DNA from: Candidatus Nomurabacteria bacterium
GTDB lineage: Bacteria; Patescibacteriota; Minisyncoccia; Phycocordibacterales; UBA9973
Length of the DNA stretch: 64,000 nt
Assembly (NCBI GenBank): GCA_026395995.1
Contig: JAPLXQ010000010.1
Coordinates: forward strand, 2,587 to 66,586
Direction: 5' to 3'
Shown here: piece after piece, positions 37,799-48,534 of the stretch
How positions within the stretch are numbered: position 1 is the stretch's first letter
Layout: every line of letters begins with the position of its first letter
Program-made: the position numbers and the translations under genes
The notes under the pieces: generated by a model
Told to the model about the DNA's origin: nothing
Seen by the model: the letters and a program-made list of their open reading frames with translations, nothing else
The model's database searches: none

Positions 37799-40700
37799 AT
37801 GTTTGGAAAATTTTCAAAATTTCGTTTTTTAACCCAAAGCCTAATTGTAGTTTTAATCATAGCTACAGGGTTTTCTTTTTTTTTAAATAATGCACATTCT
37901 TATACTGGATTAATTTACGTATCTAATATTAATTCTAGCTCATTCTCATCACCTGTAGGTATTGCAAAAGATTCATCTGGAAATATTTACGTAATTGATA
38001 AAGTTGATAATACTGTTAAAAAATTCGATTCAAATGAAAATTTATTAACATCATGGGGTGGTACAGGTACAACAGAAAATAAACTTAATTTTCCTGTAAG
38101 TATTACTGTTGACCCATCAGGTCATGTATATGTTTTAGAACTTACAAATTCTCGCATCCAAGAATTTGAATCAGATGGAACTTTTATAAAAATGTTTGGC
38201 TGGGGTGTCCAAGATGGTACAAACACTTTTCAAGTTTGTACTTCAGGCTGCCAGGCTGGAGTTATGAGTATAGGTAATTTTTATTTTAGTTCATATAGTG
38301 GTATTGCGGCAGATTCCTCGGGTAATATTTATATTACTGAGTATGGTTATAATCGTGTTTCAGAATTCGACTCAAACGGAATTTTCGTAAAAACATTCGG
38401 CTGGGGTGTTTTGACAGGAGGTGCTTCTTTTGAAACATGTTTTTCTAGTTGTTTGAGTGGTGTCTCTGGTCATGGTGTTGGTCAATTTAACAATCCTACT
38501 GGTATGGCTATTGATTCTTTGAATCATATTTATATTTCAGATGGTGCGAATTCTAATGGACGCATCCAAGAATTTGAATCAGATGGAACTTTTATAAAAA
38601 TGTTTGGCTGGGGTGTCCAAGATGGTACAAACACTTTTCAAGTTTGTACTTCAGGCTGCCAGGCTGGGATATTGGGTTATGGAAATGGCCAATTTTATTG
38701 GCCACAAGCTATTGGTATTGATAGTAGTAATAATGTGTATGTCACAGATATAAATGTGAGAGATATTCAAGAATTCGATTCAAATGGAAACTTTATTATA
38801 AAAGTCGGACAGGGTGGTGGAACTCCAGGGACAATACCAAACCCAATGGGTTTAATCATAAATACAGCTGGTTATATTTATGAAGCAGATTATTATTTCC
38901 CAGCTGTTCAAAAATTTAAAATAGATGCCATCCCAGTAATTTCTAGTCTTAGTCTAAATACAATACCAGCAGGAAGTCCTGATACAACTATCGATATTTT
39001 AGGAGAAGATTTTAATGTAGCATCTATAGTTCGTTTTAATGGAATTGATCATACTCCTACATTTATAGGTAGTGATCATTTGCAAGTAGATTTTTTATCA
39101 GCATCTGATTTTAATATAGCTGGTAATTATCCAGTTACTGTTTTTAATTCATCACCAGATATCTCTTCAGCTTCTTCTGTTTTTAATGTTAGTGATAATC
39201 CTACTGTTACTATTGTACCTTCGGCTGTTTTTTCTAATAGAAATATTACTGATAACATTGTTCATGTTGTAGGTACCATAACACCAATATTACCGAGCCA
39301 GGTTTCAATTCATGGTGATACTACTGCTGGTGCTACAAATTTGCGCTGCACTCAAATAGATACTTTTTCGGTTGATTGTCTTGTGGACGTTACTTCAAGT
39401 GGACTTCTTTATGTAAGTGCAACAAATGGAATAAATACGACAAAAAGTTCGGCAGCTTCTTTTTCTATTGACCCACTGTTCCAAATTGAGATAAGCCCAT
39501 TATCAATGTCTTCAGCAAATATGATACCTGTAACCATTCATGTGACAGATGATAACACTATCGATGTTGGAAATGTATACGATGGTGGTATTACCGCAGG
39601 CTATTCTGATTTTTTGTGTACCCAATTTGACCCTAATACTGTTAATTGTGATTTAAACATTACTTCAAGTGGTGATTTAATTATTTCTGCTGATGATAAT
39701 GTTGGTAATAGTGTGACCAGTCAAACAATTACTTATATTATTGGTCCTCCAATAATTAATGTGACATTGCATACACTAGCTTCTCATAGCACAATTTCTG
39801 ATACGACTATTCATATTACAGATGATAATGCTATTGATTTTGGTAATATTACGGTGAGTGGTTTGTCGACTGCAAATACTTCAAATTTAAATTGTGTTCA
39901 AACTGATTCTAAAACAGTTGATTGTTCTATTAAAATTACTTCGAGTGGAACTTTAATAATTCATGCAATTGATAATGCTGGGAATATTGCTAATAGTGAT
40001 GCAGTTACTTATTCTATAACACCACCACCTCATGGTGGTTGTATTAACAACTGTAATCCTACACCAAACCCCTGCCTAGCAAACCCAGCCCTACCACAAT
40101 GTCCAAATCATTGTCTCTTTAACCCCACATTATCAGATTGTCATGTAGTAGATCCTTGTACTTTAAACCCATCACTCTGTATTGTTCCACCACCAATCAA
40201 AACATGTGCAAACACTCCATCAATGTGTCCTCCACCTCCACCACCACATAATCCACCACCAAACGGAAGTCCTTCAAATACAACAACAGTCACACCACCA
40301 ACAAAACCAACAGTAACTCCACCAATACCAATACAAACACCAAAGCCTACTCCAATATCTCCAATCAAAACATTTCTAAAAACAGTCGCAGCTAAAATCA
40401 TATTAGTCACAGTCGCTTCTACAGCCTTAGCTACCACCATGGCTTCTACTCCAATGTCCATGTGGCGTTCAATGCTCTCATTCCTCGCTGTACGTAAACG
40501 AAAACCATGGGGAGTAGTATATGACTCAATTACAAAACAACCACTCGATCCAGCATATGTAGTCCTTCAAGATATTAATGGTACTGAAATCAACACAGCC
40601 ATCACAGACCTAGACGGTAGATATGGCTTCTTCTTAAATCCTGGAATGTACAAACTGATTGCCAACAAAACAAACTACATCTTCCCATCAGCTAAACTAC

Positions 40701-41281
40701 AAGGTAAGTTCTCCGATGAACTATATGACAACCTATACTTCGGAGATACAATCAACATATTAAAAGCAGGAGATGTCTTAGCAAAGAACATACCAATGGA
40801 TCCAATGAATTTTGACTGGAATGAGTATGCCAAGAAACAGCAAAACCTTTTACACTTCTACCAAAAGAGAGATATCCTCTTAAACAAAGTATCTTCCGCT
40901 CTTTTCTACTTTGGTTTCATTCTTTCTTCGTATGCCATCTTAAACATTGTAGACAAATTAAATATTGTAATCTTCGCTTTGTACATTTTAATCTTCTTCT
41001 TCCGAACAACATTACTAAAACCAAAACAAGAAGGTACTGTCACAGACAGAGATGGTTCACCACTGGCATTTGCCATTGTTCGTATTTTCTCTGCTAGTAC
41101 TCACACTGAAATGCTACACAAGACTACAAATGCTCTTGGTAAATATTATTGTCTTATTTCTAATGGTCATTATTATGTGAAGATTGAGAAACACAATCCA
41201 GATGATACATATACACCTGTATATACATCAGGGGAGTTTGAGGTGAGGGAGGGGGTGGTGAATGGGGAGTTTAGTATATAA
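37799..41281 (+). CDS. Very large surface protein: N-terminal NHL-repeat beta-propeller, Ig-like repeats, Pro/Thr-rich linker, TM segments, C-terminal CarboxypepD_reg/Cna-B-like domain
   Basis: NHL-type repeats (SGNIYVIDKVDNTVKKFD), exact ~108-bp internal duplication, PPPPPHNPPP linker. Confidence 0.6.
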   Translation: MFGKFSKFRFLTQSLIVVLIIATGFSFFLNNAHSYTGLIYVSNINSSSFSSPVGIAKDSSGNIYVIDKVDNTVKKFDSNENLLTSWGGTGTTENKLNFPVSITVDPSGHVYVLELTNSRIQEFESDGTFIKMFGWGVQDGTNTFQVCTSGCQAGVMSIGNFYFSSYSGIAADSSGNIYITEYGYNRVSEFDSNGIFVKTFGWGVLTGGASFETCFSSCLSGVSGHGVGQFNNPTGMAIDSLNHIYISDGANSNGRIQEFESDGTFIKMFGWGVQDGTNTFQVCTSGCQAGILGYGNGQFYWPQAIGIDSSNNVYVTDINVRDIQEFDSNGNFIIKVGQGGGTPGTIPNPMGLIINTAGYIYEADYYFPAVQKFKIDAIPVISSLSLNTIPAGSPDTTIDILGEDFNVASIVRFNGIDHTPTFIGSDHLQVDFLSASDFNIAGNYPVTVFNSSPDISSASSVFNVSDNPTVTIVPSAVFSNRNITDNIVHVVGTITPILPSQVSIHGDTTAGATNLRCTQIDTFSVDCLVDVTSSGLLYVSATNGINTTKSSAASFSIDPLFQIEISPLSMSSANMIPVTIHVTDDNTIDVGNVYDGGITAGYSDFLCTQFDPNTVNCDLNITSSGDLIISADDNVGNSVTSQTITYIIGPPIINVTLHTLASHSTISDTTIHITDDNAIDFGNITVSGLSTANTSNLNCVQTDSKTVDCSIKITSSGTLIIHAIDNAGNIANSDAVTYSITPPPHGGCINNCNPTPNPCLANPALPQCPNHCLFNPTLSDCHVVDPCTLNPSLCIVPPPIKTCANTPSMCPPPPPPHNPPPNGSPSNTTTVTPPTKPTVTPPIPIQTPKPTPISPIKTFLKTVAAKIILVTVASTALATTMASTPMSMWRSMLSFLAVRKRKPWGVVYDSITKQPLDPAYVVLQDINGTEINTAITDLDGRYGFFLNPGMYKLIANKTNYIFPSAKLQGKFSDELYDNLYFGDTINILKAGDVLAKNIPMDPMNFDWNEYAKKQQNLLHFYQKRDILLNKVSSALFYFGFILSSYAILNIVDKLNIVIFALYILIFFFRTTLLKPKQEGTVTDRDGSPLAFAIVRIFSASTHTEMLHKTTNALGKYYCLISNGHYYVKIEKHNPDDTYTPVYTSGEFEVREGVVNGEFSI

Positions 41282-42560
41282 TACTTGTATGGTTAATTTT
41301 AAAGATAAATTTTTAAATTTCTGGAAAACTCTTGGTCCTGGTCTCACGACTGGTGCAGCTGATGATGATCCATCTGGTATTGCGACATATTCTCAGACAG
41401 GAGCTAAATACGGTTTTATGTTTGCTTGGCTGGCTCCTTTTACTATTCCTCTTATGTCTGTGGTTCAGGAAATGTGTGCCCGTATCGGTATTGTGACAAA
41501 GCAAGGACTCGCTGCAAATATAAAGAAACATTATTCAAAAAAGGTTTTGTTTTTCTGTACAGCACTTTTGCTTTTTGCTAACACCTTTAATATTGGAGCA
41601 GACCTAGGTGCAATGTCTCAAGGAATGCAATTGATTTTTCCTAATTGGAATTTCGCTGTACTTGTAATTGTCTTCGCAGTCCTATCTTTAGTGTTTCAAG
41701 TTTTCATTCCATATAAAACTTATTCAAAATATTTAAAATATTTATCTTTTGTTTTACTCGCATACATACTCTCTGCTCTTATGGTAGATATGGATTGGAA
41801 AGAAGTTTTTCGTCATACATTTATTCCATCTATGTCTTTCACAAAAGATAGTTTTATTATTCTTTCTGCTATTTTAGGAACGACGATTTCTCCATATTTA
41901 TTTTTCTGGCAAACTTCTCAAGAAGTAGAAGAGGAGATAATGACAGGGAAGATAGATAAAGTAGAACAAGAAGAAGAAATCAGAGAAGATATAAAAGAGA
42001 TGCGTACAGATGTTTGGAGTGGAATGTTTTTTTCAAACATTGTGATGTTTTTCATAATTATTGCTTGCGCCTCGACTTTATATAAAAGTGGAATTACAAA
42101 TATCGGCACAGCTGCTGATGCTGCGAAAGCCCTAGAGCCTTTTGCTGGTCATTTTTCTTCTCTTCTTTTTGCTATTGGAATTATTGGTATTGGATTTTTG
42201 GCTATCCCTGTCCTCGCTGGTGCGAATTCATATGCAGTGTCTGAATGTTTTGATTGGAAAGAAGGGCTTTACCGAAAATGGAATGAAGCTTATGCTTTTT
42301 ATGGAGTGATCGTGCTCGGTGTCGTCGTCGGTATTGTGTTGAACTTTATTGGCCTTGATCCTATTAAAGCACTTATTTATTCTGCTGTTTTAAATAGTCT
42401 CGTGGCACCCGTGATTTTATTTTTCATTGTTCGGCTTAGTTCAAACGAAGAGGTAATGGGTAATTTCAAAAGTCGCCCTGTCGCAAAAATAATTGGCTGG
42501 ATTGCTACAATCGTCATGGCTCTTGCTGGTATTGCGACAATTATTTCTCTTTGGATGTAA
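41262..42560 (+). CDS. mntH: NRAMP-family divalent metal (Mn2+/Fe2+) transporter
   Basis: GPGLTTGAADDDPSGIATYSQTGAKYGF NRAMP signature; 20-bp overlap with upstream gene. Confidence 0.85.
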   Translation: MGSLVYNTCMVNFKDKFLNFWKTLGPGLTTGAADDDPSGIATYSQTGAKYGFMFAWLAPFTIPLMSVVQEMCARIGIVTKQGLAANIKKHYSKKVLFFCTALLLFANTFNIGADLGAMSQGMQLIFPNWNFAVLVIVFAVLSLVFQVFIPYKTYSKYLKYLSFVLLAYILSALMVDMDWKEVFRHTFIPSMSFTKDSFIILSAILGTTISPYLFFWQTSQEVEEEIMTGKIDKVEQEEEIREDIKEMRTDVWSGMFFSNIVMFFIIIACASTLYKSGITNIGTAADAAKALEPFAGHFSSLLFAIGIIGIGFLAIPVLAGANSYAVSECFDWKEGLYRKWNEAYAFYGVIVLGVVVGIVLNFIGLDPIKALIYSAVLNSLVAPVILFFIVRLSSNEEVMGNFKSRPVAKIIGWIATIVMALAGIATIISLWM

Positions 42561-42605
42561 AACATTAAACTTGTCTACGTTTTATAAATATTGTAGAATA
42601 TATTT

Positions 42606-45600
42606 ATGAAATATTTAAAACTAGGTTTGTTTACCAGTGTGGCTGTGCTAGTCGTAATTATTGCAAAAATTGGTTTTAATATTCCACCATCAGATAACTC
42701 TGCTGCTGTTATAGGAAGTATTACTAAAAATACTATTACTACAAAAAACATTTTAACTTCAAAAACAGAAGCTTCTTTTGATTTAGAAATTCCAGATTTT
42801 AGTACTACAAAAGAAGGAAAAGAATATATAAAAGTTCACGGGGAATCGTATCCTAAAGATGCTTGGGGACGTCCAGTGCAATACAATGCGTATCAAAAAT
42901 TTAACAAAAAAACACCAGTAAGAAAAACTTCTTTTTTAAATAATATAAAAGATTTTTTTAGCTTAAAACAAGCTATTGCTTCTGATCAGGGAACACTTCC
43001 AGGAGAAATAAATTGTCGAACTAGTACATCAGTTCAAGGATATTTCAAAGTGTACTTTGAGGAAGTAGCAGTACACAACGGTCATGGCTATGACGATTCT
43101 TCTTTTGGTCTTGCTCGTCGTAATGAAGTTTGTAATGTATTACAAGCTATTGCGCATCAAATTAAACTCGATACAACGAACATAACTCCTGATATTTTAT
43201 TTGCTGTTGATCCTGGCAATTTACCATCAAATGCTCTTGCAGCAGCATCTGCTTATTCTGGTTATGAGATGAATGGCCCAGACAATGGTTCACTGCATAT
43301 GCATATAATTACAAGACAAGATCCTACTCCAAACATTGGAAGTTTTGATGCTTTTGTTTATACAAACTTTAATAGTGGAATAAATTGGGATGTTGATAGT
43401 AATTTAAATTCTGGAACATATAGTTTGTATACAGTTATGTCTCATGAAATAATGCATGCCCTAGGTTTCCGTTCACTTTTACCTGCTGTAATCTATTCTA
43501 CAAATATACCAATACAACATAGTACATTTGATGAAAATTTTTATCAAAATAGTACCACTACAAATACAAACAGATTTATTGTTCAAGGAACAAATAGTAT
43601 TTTTAATAATATTCTCAATGTACCAGCTGGTGCTCCATCACCTTGGTTTGTTAATAATACCGATATCTATCGAGGTAAAAAGAATATTGTTAATGCTAGT
43701 TTTGACGGTATTAGACCAGTTTTTAGTCCTCTACCTTGGCAACAAGGTTCATCACTTTCTCATTTTGATGGTACTCAGTACCTTATGAATCCTTCTCTTT
43801 CTACTAATACACAAATACTTTTACCTCAGAATGATGAAAAAGAAGTATTATGTCATTTAGGTTATCAGGTTTTGGGAATGAGTGGATGTGTTGTACCTAC
43901 TCCTTTTGCCAATAATGATTTTAAATCAACTACAGTGAGTGGTGGTGGATTACCAGGAACAACCTGTATTAATATATTGGCGAATGATGTCGCATTTAGT
44001 GGTGGAGTAATTAGTCTTAATTCTTTACAAGTTGTAGATAGTCAATCTGGAGATATTTTAAATTATTTTTCTGCAATTAATTGCACCGGATCTTCCTCTA
44101 CAACTTCAAATACAAATACTAAATCTATTCAGTTAATTCCTACATCTAGTACAAATTCTAGAATTATACAATATAAAATTACAGATTCTATTTCAAATAG
44201 AATTTCATTTCCTGCCACAATAACTTTTTTCTCTTCCGTATGTTCTAGTAATCCTAGTGAGTATGTTTGTAATGGTGATTTTGAACAACCATTTAATCCT
44301 ACTTTTGCTACTAATTTATATACTTATCCAGGCTGGTCTCTTTTTTGGTGTCCATTCTTGCCTCAAACAATTTTTTCTACCAATAATTTAATTAATGTTT
44401 GCCCTGTTCCTTTTTGGACAGGGGATCAGATAGGGACTCCAGATGTATTTAGTTCTTCTTTTGCTAACTCACCATACAATTCTGGTTTTCAACTTTGGTC
44501 TTTACCAGCATTAGGACTGAATAGTCCTAATGGAGGAAATTCAATTTCTAGAAGTATTAAAGAAGCTGGTGGTGGATATTTACCTGGAGGACAATTTGGA
44601 CCATATGATGAACCAATAATTACAAAATTAAAAAATCCATTAACCCCTGGGCAAGCCTACACTGTGTCTTTTGATGTAATCGCTAAATATAATCCAGGGT
44701 ATCAAGACGTGATTGATGCAAACATTGTTTCACCACAAGGTTGTATTGATTTAGATACTACATGGAGTGGTTCTACTTATTCACCTACAACATCAGCCCC
44801 TTATTATAATTCTTGTCAGAATTTGCCATATCCTTCAAATGATCAATGGACTCATGTGAGTTATACATTTACTCCTACTGTTGCTTATCAGTTTTTAAGA
44901 GGCTTCGGATATTTTCAAGAAGCCAATCAAAATATTGAGTCTAGTTTAGCTGTGTTGTTTGATAATTTTTCAATAAAGCCTGTTTTACCAGCTACAAATT
45001 CAATCAAAGGTATTGTGTACGAAGATCAAAACAATAACCACATCCAAGATAATGGAGAGCAAGGATTGGTTGGTATTCACGTAGACCTATTTTCTTCATC
45101 TTCATCGACGGTACCAATACAAACAGCCTCGACAGATGCTAGTGGTAAATATATATTTAATAATATAAATAATACAAACACGTATTTTCCATTTGATTAT
45201 GTTACTTTGGTACCTGAAAATATTTATCAGTCTGTAACACAACCAGTTTCACCCAATAGTGTTAGTTATGGAGTTTATGCTCATGCTTATCGTTTTCAAT
45301 TTTCGACAAGTGGACAGAATTTGGTAAATAAAAATTTTGGAGTCATATTGAACCAAGGTTGTGTTTCTACAAGTTCTCCATCTTTACATCTCTCTTATCC
45401 AAATGGTGGTGAAGTGTTCACTGTTGGTCAGCTAGCCACTGTGACTTGGGTTGGCTGTAATACGCCAGCTACTGATAAAGTAAAGATTTCTCTTTCTTTA
45501 AATGGTCAAGCTATAAGTCAACAATTGCTATCTCCAACACTGGGTGCAAATCCACTACCAAATACAGGTTCTGCTGTTATTAAAATACGTGACCCGTTAA

Positions 45601-45734
45601 CTATTTCATCTTGGGGCGCCAATGCTGTATATGGTTTACATTATAAAATCTTGGTTCAAGATGTGACATTAGCATCTGCTGGAAATTATAGTGTCTGGGA
45701 CAAGTCAGATAATCTGATTACAGTTAATCCATAA
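42606..45734 (+). CDS. Large secreted protein with zincin-like HExxH metalloprotease motif and C-terminal Cna-B/CarboxypepD_reg-like domain
   Basis: Signal/TM anchor, MSHEIMHALGF, Thr/Ser-rich regions. Confidence 0.5.
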   Translation: MKYLKLGLFTSVAVLVVIIAKIGFNIPPSDNSAAVIGSITKNTITTKNILTSKTEASFDLEIPDFSTTKEGKEYIKVHGESYPKDAWGRPVQYNAYQKFNKKTPVRKTSFLNNIKDFFSLKQAIASDQGTLPGEINCRTSTSVQGYFKVYFEEVAVHNGHGYDDSSFGLARRNEVCNVLQAIAHQIKLDTTNITPDILFAVDPGNLPSNALAAASAYSGYEMNGPDNGSLHMHIITRQDPTPNIGSFDAFVYTNFNSGINWDVDSNLNSGTYSLYTVMSHEIMHALGFRSLLPAVIYSTNIPIQHSTFDENFYQNSTTTNTNRFIVQGTNSIFNNILNVPAGAPSPWFVNNTDIYRGKKNIVNASFDGIRPVFSPLPWQQGSSLSHFDGTQYLMNPSLSTNTQILLPQNDEKEVLCHLGYQVLGMSGCVVPTPFANNDFKSTTVSGGGLPGTTCINILANDVAFSGGVISLNSLQVVDSQSGDILNYFSAINCTGSSSTTSNTNTKSIQLIPTSSTNSRIIQYKITDSISNRISFPATITFFSSVCSSNPSEYVCNGDFEQPFNPTFATNLYTYPGWSLFWCPFLPQTIFSTNNLINVCPVPFWTGDQIGTPDVFSSSFANSPYNSGFQLWSLPALGLNSPNGGNSISRSIKEAGGGYLPGGQFGPYDEPIITKLKNPLTPGQAYTVSFDVIAKYNPGYQDVIDANIVSPQGCIDLDTTWSGSTYSPTTSAPYYNSCQNLPYPSNDQWTHVSYTFTPTVAYQFLRGFGYFQEANQNIESSLAVLFDNFSIKPVLPATNSIKGIVYEDQNNNHIQDNGEQGLVGIHVDLFSSSSSTVPIQTASTDASGKYIFNNINNTNTYFPFDYVTLVPENIYQSVTQPVSPNSVSYGVYAHAYRFQFSTSGQNLVNKNFGVILNQGCVSTSSPSLHLSYPNGGEVFTVGQLATVTWVGCNTPATDKVKISLSLNGQAISQQLLSPTLGANPLPNTGSAVIKIRDPLTISSWGANAVYGLHYKILVQDVTLASAGNYSVWDKSDNLITVNP

Positions 45735-45858
45735 TTTCTTAGCAATTCTTCTGTTCTAGAATTTAGGATTATTGTGATATAATCTAAATATTAAAACTTT
45801 ACACCAAAAGTTGGTCAGCTTTTTGTGTAGAAATTATTAAATAATATAATCATAAAAT

Positions 45859-46338
45859 ATGAATAAAAATATGAGTTTAGGTGTGTCAGCATTAGTCATT
45901 GTGATAGTCGTAGTCGGTGCTATTTATTTTACAAGTAATTATAAAAACAAAATGCCAGAAGAAAACAATATTCAAAATACGCAAAATAATACAGTTCAAA
46001 ATGAACCTGTTTCAACAACAGATACAGCTAATCAAGAGGGAAGACTTACAAAAGCAGGTGATACAGTCGCTATGAACTATACTGGATCTTTAGAAAATGG
46101 AACAGTTTTTGATTCAAATGTTGATCCAAAATTTAAACACGTAGAACCATTTGTCTTTAATCTCGGAGCAGGGCAAGTCATAAAAGGTTGGGATCAAGGG
46201 TTGGTAGGAATGAAAGTAGGTGAGAAGCGCCACCTAGTGATCAAACCAGAAGATGGTTATGGTGCTACAGGAGCAGGAAATATTATTCCTCCAAATGCGA
46301 CACTTATCTTTGACGTAGAGCTTTTAGCAATTAAATAG
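45859..46338 (+). CDS. FKBP-type peptidyl-prolyl cis-trans isomerase (membrane-anchored)
   Basis: [20 protein letters not shown]...[26 protein letters not shown] core. Confidence 0.8.
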   Translation: MNKNMSLGVSALVIVIVVVGAIYFTSNYKNKMPEENNIQNTQNNTVQNEPVSTTDTANQEGRLTKAGDTVAMNYTGSLENGTVFDSNVDPKFKHVEPFVFNLGAGQVIKGWDQGLVGMKVGEKRHLVIKPEDGYGATGAGNIIPPNATLIFDVELLAIK

Positions 46339-46363
46339 TAATCCCGTTTACGGGGAATTAAAT

Positions 46364-47143
46364 ATGGAAACACTTTGGACAAACAAAAGGTTTATTACAG
46401 CATCAACAATTTTTGTAGCAATACTTTGTCTTTTATCTATCGTTAATATTTTTCGAGAACCAAGTGATTTGAATAGTATCGATAATCAAAACCTTATTGT
46501 TCTCACTGGTCATGGTGAAGTAAAAGCTGTACCAGATATTGCTAATATATATTTTACAATTCGTAAAGAAGCTAAGACTGTAAAAGAAGCTCAAGCTGGA
46601 GTGGCTAGTATTGAAAAATCTTCATTGGATTTTTTGAAAACAAAAAATATTGATAATAAAGACATTAAAACAGAAAATACTTCTTTTAATCCTAAGTATG
46701 AAAATAAAGTTCTAGTTCCATGTTCAATGTATAATTGCCCACCTAGTAATAATGTTATTGTCGGATATGAATCAAGTGAAAGTATTACTGTAAAAGTCAG
46801 AAATACAGACGATGTCGGATCTATCATCCAAGGTCTTGGTACTCTCGGTGTTGAAAATTTGAATGGTCCTAATTTTGCCATTGATAATGAAGATGCTTTA
46901 AAAGCACAAGCACGCAAATTGGCTATTGATGAAGCAAAAGTAAAGGCTCAAAAATTGGCAAAAGATCTAGGCATACGTTTAGGTAAAATTGTTTCCTTTT
47001 CAGAAGGTAATAATTATCCAGCTCCTATGATGTATGCTAAGGCTGATATGGCAGTGTCATCTTCTGTTGGTGCACCAGCTGAAATTCCAAAAGGAGAGAA
47101 TACAATTGCTTCAGATGTGACAATCACTTATGAAATAAAGTAG
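46364..47143 (+). CDS. SIMPL/DUF541-domain secreted protein
   Basis: LTGHGEVKAVPDIANIYFTI pattern and size; terminator 47170-47200. Confidence 0.5.
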   Translation: METLWTNKRFITASTIFVAILCLLSIVNIFREPSDLNSIDNQNLIVLTGHGEVKAVPDIANIYFTIRKEAKTVKEAQAGVASIEKSSLDFLKTKNIDNKDIKTENTSFNPKYENKVLVPCSMYNCPPSNNVIVGYESSESITVKVRNTDDVGSIIQGLGTLGVENLNGPNFAIDNEDALKAQARKLAIDEAKVKAQKLAKDLGIRLGKIVSFSEGNNYPAPMMYAKADMAVSSSVGAPAEIPKGENTIASDVTITYEIK

Positions 47144-47235
47144 ATTTGACTATTCGACAGAAAAAGAGTATATTTAAAAGAGCCCTTTGCGGGGCTTTTT
47201 TATAAGGAGAATTTATAAAATAACCATATAATACA

Positions 47236-47421
47236 ATGTCAAAAATCAAAGATTATTTCACAGAAACAAAGTTAGAATTAAAGCATGTAAATTGGCCTAC
47301 TAGAGTCCAGACTATTTATTACACAATAATAGTGGCGGTTCTTTCTGTCGGCTTGGCTTATATATTAGGTTTTTTTGATTTTCTATTTTCTAAAGGTCTA
47401 GAAAAAGTAATTTCACTATAA
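47236..47421 (+). CDS. secE: Preprotein translocase subunit SecE
   Basis: Small single-TM protein immediately upstream of nusG. Confidence 0.7.
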   Translation: MSKIKDYFTETKLELKHVNWPTRVQTIYYTIIVAVLSVGLAYILGFFDFLFSKGLEKVISL

Positions 47422-47440
47422 TAATTAATTTAAATAATTT

Positions 47441-47986
47441 ATGGCTAAACAAGAAACACAAGGAGAAAGAAATTGGTACGCTATCCACACTTATGCTGGA
47501 TACGAAAACGCTGTTTTGAGAAATTTAAAACAACGTATCGAATCTCTAGGTATGCAAGAAAAGATTTTTAATGTCATTGTACCGATTGAGAAAAAAGTAA
47601 AAATTAAAGGAAATAAACGTGTCGAAGTAGAAGAGAAAATTTATCCAGGATACGTACTAGTAGATATGATTGTGACTGACGACTCTTGGTATGTAGTCCG
47701 TAATACTCCTCGTGTCACAGGATTCGTCGGAGCAGGAGTAAATCCAGTTCCATTAAAAAAAGAAGAAGTTGATTATTTGTTTAAGAAAATGGACGCTGGT
47801 ACTACAAAACACAATATTGATTTAGCGATAGATGAGACAGTAATGATAGTAGATGGTCCGTTTAAAGAATTGGAAGGTAAGGTAAATGCAATTGATCAAG
47901 AAAGAGGAAAAGTAAAAGTCTTAGTTTCAATGTTTGGTCGTGAAACTCCAGTCGAATTAGACTTCTTGCAAGTAAAAAAGATTTAA
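47441..47986 (+). CDS. nusG: Transcription termination/antitermination factor NusG
   Basis: NWYAIHTYAGYEN NGN domain, C-terminal KOW. Confidence 0.85.
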   Translation: MAKQETQGERNWYAIHTYAGYENAVLRNLKQRIESLGMQEKIFNVIVPIEKKVKIKGNKRVEVEEKIYPGYVLVDMIVTDDSWYVVRNTPRVTGFVGAGVNPVPLKKEEVDYLFKKMDAGTTKHNIDLAIDETVMIVDGPFKELEGKVNAIDQERGKVKVLVSMFGRETPVELDFLQVKKI

Positions 47987-48002
47987 TATAGTATAAAAAT
48001 AT

Positions 48003-48428
48003 ATGGCAAAGAAAATAACAAAGAAAATTAAATTACAAATTATGGGTGGCCGAGCAACTCCTGCTCCTCCTCTTGGTCCCGCCCTTGGACAGGCTGGTAT
48101 AAACATTGGTGATTTCGTTACCAAATTTAATGCCGCTACATCAAAGATGATGGGCGAAAAGGTAGGATGTATTGTGTCTGTTTACGAAGATCGTACTTAT
48201 GATTTCGTTATTAAGACTCCTCCTGCTACAGACCTTATCCTTAAGGCTGCCGGTGTAGAAAAAGGTTCAGGAAAGCCTAATACAGCTAAAGTCGGAAAGA
48301 TTACTCGTGCTCAGGCACTAGAAATCGGAAAGAAAAAAGCTGTTGACCTTAATGCTAAAGATGATGAAGGATTAATCGCTATTATCGCAGGATCAGCTAG
48401 ATCTGCTGGTATCGAAGTAAAAGGTTAA
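48003..48428 (+). CDS. rplK: 50S ribosomal protein L11
   Basis: IKLQIMGGRATPAPPLGPALGQAGINI. Confidence 0.9.
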   Translation: MAKKITKKIKLQIMGGRATPAPPLGPALGQAGINIGDFVTKFNAATSKMMGEKVGCIVSVYEDRTYDFVIKTPPATDLILKAAGVEKGSGKPNTAKVGKITRAQALEIGKKKAVDLNAKDDEGLIAIIAGSARSAGIEVKG

Positions 48429-48437
48429 TACTAAAAT

Positions 48438-48472
48438 TTAAAAGAGCCCCGCCTTACGGCGGGGCTCTTTAC
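48438..48472 (+). terminator. Rho-independent terminator after rplK
   Basis: agagccccgccttacggcggggctcttt. Confidence 0.6.
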
Positions 48473-48534
48473 TTTTTGTGTTTGAAATGGTAATTTAAAA
48501 ATGAATTCATTGTTAAACTAAATAAATTTTTAAA

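Noticed and set aside
40141-40461. 106-aa minus-strand Gly/Val-rich ORF
   Set aside because: It is the antisense of the Pro/Thr-rich linker of the 1160-aa surface protein.
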